DNA of 64,000 nt from an uncultured Lentisphaerales bacterium (lineage in GTDB: Bacteria > Verrucomicrobiota > Lentisphaeria > JABSQK01 > UBA12247): positions 64,001 to 128,000 of the forward strand of contig CALSSJ010000023.1 of NCBI GenBank assembly GCA_943788985.1, in the 5' to 3' direction. Positions 63,001 to 64,000 of this stretch are shown here, piece after piece; the stretch's first letter is position 1; each line of letters begins with the position of its first letter. The position numbers and the translations under genes are program-made. The notes beneath the pieces are model-generated. The model had not been told where the DNA came from, did not search any database, and worked only from the letters and a program-made list of their open reading frames with translations.

Positions 63001-64000
63001 GTAGCTGCGGCTCCCGGCCTGTACGGTCCAATGACGTGCGGTTGCATCAGCAATGGGCTCCATGCAGGTCGTGTCGACACAACCTGCATCGTCGATGTAC
63101 CACTGATACTCATAGCTGAACATGTCACCATTCGGATCAAAGGCACCACGCGGGTGCGCGGTCAGCACGCTGTCCACACCAGGCGACTGCGGGTCAATGT
63201 CGACGATTAAGTTCATGACATTCGGCTCATCATTGGCTTGTACCAAGGTAGCCCGGGCATTGGTAGCTGTGGTAAGTTGCAAGGCATGTACCCAGCGGTC
63301 TGTATCGACCAGCGACTGCGACAGCAGGCGCTCGTAAGGCAGCCAGTCGGCATGCCAGACGAAGTCCTGAATGGTTGGTGTCACAGGGTTGACAACCCAG
63401 TTGCGACCGGAGGTCGGATCAATGTCCACCTTGTAGGCAGCCTCATCGCTGCGATAGATCGCACCGATGTAGGTGGTAGCCACAGCGTCTTCCGCGGCCT
63501 GGTCAGCGACCGTCAGGACCATTGGACCATCGTCGAACTTCAGGTACAAGCCCAGATTCAGCGGAGTTGCCCAGTCATTCACGCCTGGGAAGAAGGCATC
63601 CTGCAGGGTGACGTAGTCATCCCACATGTCCTCGGTTGCTTCCCAAGTCGCGTTGCTGTTGGTATCGCCAAAGTAGAGGGCTGCGAGGCTGCCCGGGGCA
63701 TCCTGAATCAACGTGCCATCATCGCTGGCGACTGTGAAGTCAGGAATAAGGACAACCGCTGCATTCTCGTCCACAGTCACTGTAGGATCATGAGAGCCCG
63801 GCAGGATCACAGTATCGATCACGGTTTCCTCAGTCTCCCCTTCGACGAGAACCGGTTCATCGTAGACGTTGTTACCATTCTGATCGATCCAGAGCCCCTC
63901 ATGTGCGTCGCGAGTCTGGTTCAAGTTTGCGTCAAAGTAGCGTGCCTGAGCCAGCAGTAGTCCCTGTGTACCGGCAGTAGTTTCCCACAGACCGTCGGTC
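60046..64000 (-). CDS. Large extracellular multidomain protein, partial (5' end beyond the window), with Ig-like and PPC-like domains and GWN/GYW C-terminal domain
   Basis: More than 1290 aa open to the window edge; DPDGD..YxYxW Ig-like repeats, YEPNDT..DEDW PPC-like domain, tandem LxxGWNL..GxGYW tail. Confidence 0.8.
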   Translation of the reverse strand, partial: TDGLWETTAGTQGLLLAQARYFDANLNQTRDAHEGLWIDQNGNNVYDEPVLVEGETEETVIDTVILPGSHDPTVTVDENAAVVLIPDFTVASDDGTLIQDAPGSLAALYFGDTNSNATWEATEDMWDDYVTLQDAFFPGVNDWATPLNLGLYLKFDDGPMVLTVADQAAEDAVATTYIGAIYRSDEAAYKVDIDPTSGRNWVVNPVTPTIQDFVWHADWLPYERLLSQSLVDTDRWVHALQLTTATNARATLVQANDEPNVMNLIVDIDPQSPGVDSVLTAHPRGAFDPNGDMFSYEYQWYIDDAGCVDTTCMEPIADATARHWTVQAGSRSYRVSVRAVDEDGGASTWVWSEAVTVDAAQSSPTVAEYVVSQADLDEDERAEHYIGTLTTEPTDADGDQVHVFTRWIKNQGIAITDWSLMLVDLSYGHAQLRVGDVVKLEAYVTDEVDGNNTATGRRSAPSYSNSFVHGGGVGTNSRPEPPAIAIEPAQPRAEDDDIRCVLTLPAVDPDGDVVSYFFEWYGFNRVTNTYQQLERRSRTTTEGVIETGGRKEIGFPGFVDTSVTGTELDDLLSGTGTDVLAPDDGDILEGSIILTAGQAQVEFAIDSNIISTMLATENHRLEGVLVYCEVQAVDTFGNRSEPARSQTVTVFPGFGLPGSNEDDEGGGGGGGGEGTSSLVIDAETYEPNDTPQEARRILVNGFDVFNSSTDQENGSGGGGGGGDENSGDQSGGFSTVEESGNTNESNNNSGSDTENTEEEGNSLSLEGTFEGQAHSFFLEDEDWMKFTVLQTSEVEVATGRTVDEIEQRIRNPARDTGTRLDLGVDTRMWLYSEGDFERAIIFNDDYRSFAHPEFNLAARFKVVVDPGTYYIRVAPHHQFGTLASEYGILVLANPVPGVFVSSPAQPVLRPTNAQVTDDLFADVDPATVLSGHQLFYRWYVDGVQVMVTEDRVLDHRFTQAGQEWAVSVFARNPAGEVSADSPLSVEVEIEQQAWLATLRVDKRFGDGSEAPTQTVGIGWLAGASHGWDENLDVDLPTSLNIPAFFGNVNGPTPLPDGTSVPSGSFFSAGFTEGHSALSLDMRPFGDAATWYLYLDFGDQPTEVRIEWDPILLPRSDLPLTWVEVDPDSDFAPIPGTELDMLAERRVGIDISGNTERTTRVFRVMIAQSSRTVSLTLDAGWNLISFPITPNDPDPDLVFANNTGRIISGAAWTFLNGSYIAATEIRAGEGYWVLNPRDIAATIVVGGYHAPLTIVLKEGWNLIGPTRDMAVPDGIDPSKVSEYSRGSYRPLDLTDPLPLKAGKGYWVNSDQERVIHFE

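Noticed and set aside
1..64000. CRISPR array, rRNA, tRNA, prophage or integrase
   Set aside because: No regularly spaced direct repeats or signature sequences were seen by eye; a short RNA gene could have been missed.

Overview
Bacterial chromosomal segment of roughly 60% GC. Gene content suggests the PVC superphylum, possibly Lentisphaerota (inference only). It is mostly housekeeping genes: tolB, frr, cinA, recA, ftsW/rodA, lpxB, pyrB, efp-epmA, metK-adenosine kinase-ahcY, a complete V-type ATPase operon, murE, fumC, a UvrD/PcrA helicase, aat and pyk. Accessory content includes a ~4550-aa multidomain surface protein, a second large surface protein running off the right edge, a PIN-domain two-gene module and a RAYT transposase. 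Several essential genes carry single-base indels clustered at ~0.7-5.9 kb and ~50.1-52.2 kb, most likely sequencing or assembly errors. Most notable observations: (1) an apparently natural in-frame fusion of a yeast-FCY1-type cytosine deaminase to uracil phosphoribosyltransferase, the architecture of the engineered FCU1 enzyme; (2) a shared duplicated GWN/GYW C-terminal domain on both large surface proteins, a candidate sorting or anchoring domain; (3) an uncharacterised 311-aa protein coupled to a PIN nuclease; (4) domains nested inside other domains, plus a six-fold two-domain repeat, in the giant protein; (5) a probable membrane pseudokinase next to a plant-like glucuronokinase. No rRNA, tRNA or CRISPR array was recognised. 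All family calls come from reading motifs by eye, not from database searches.
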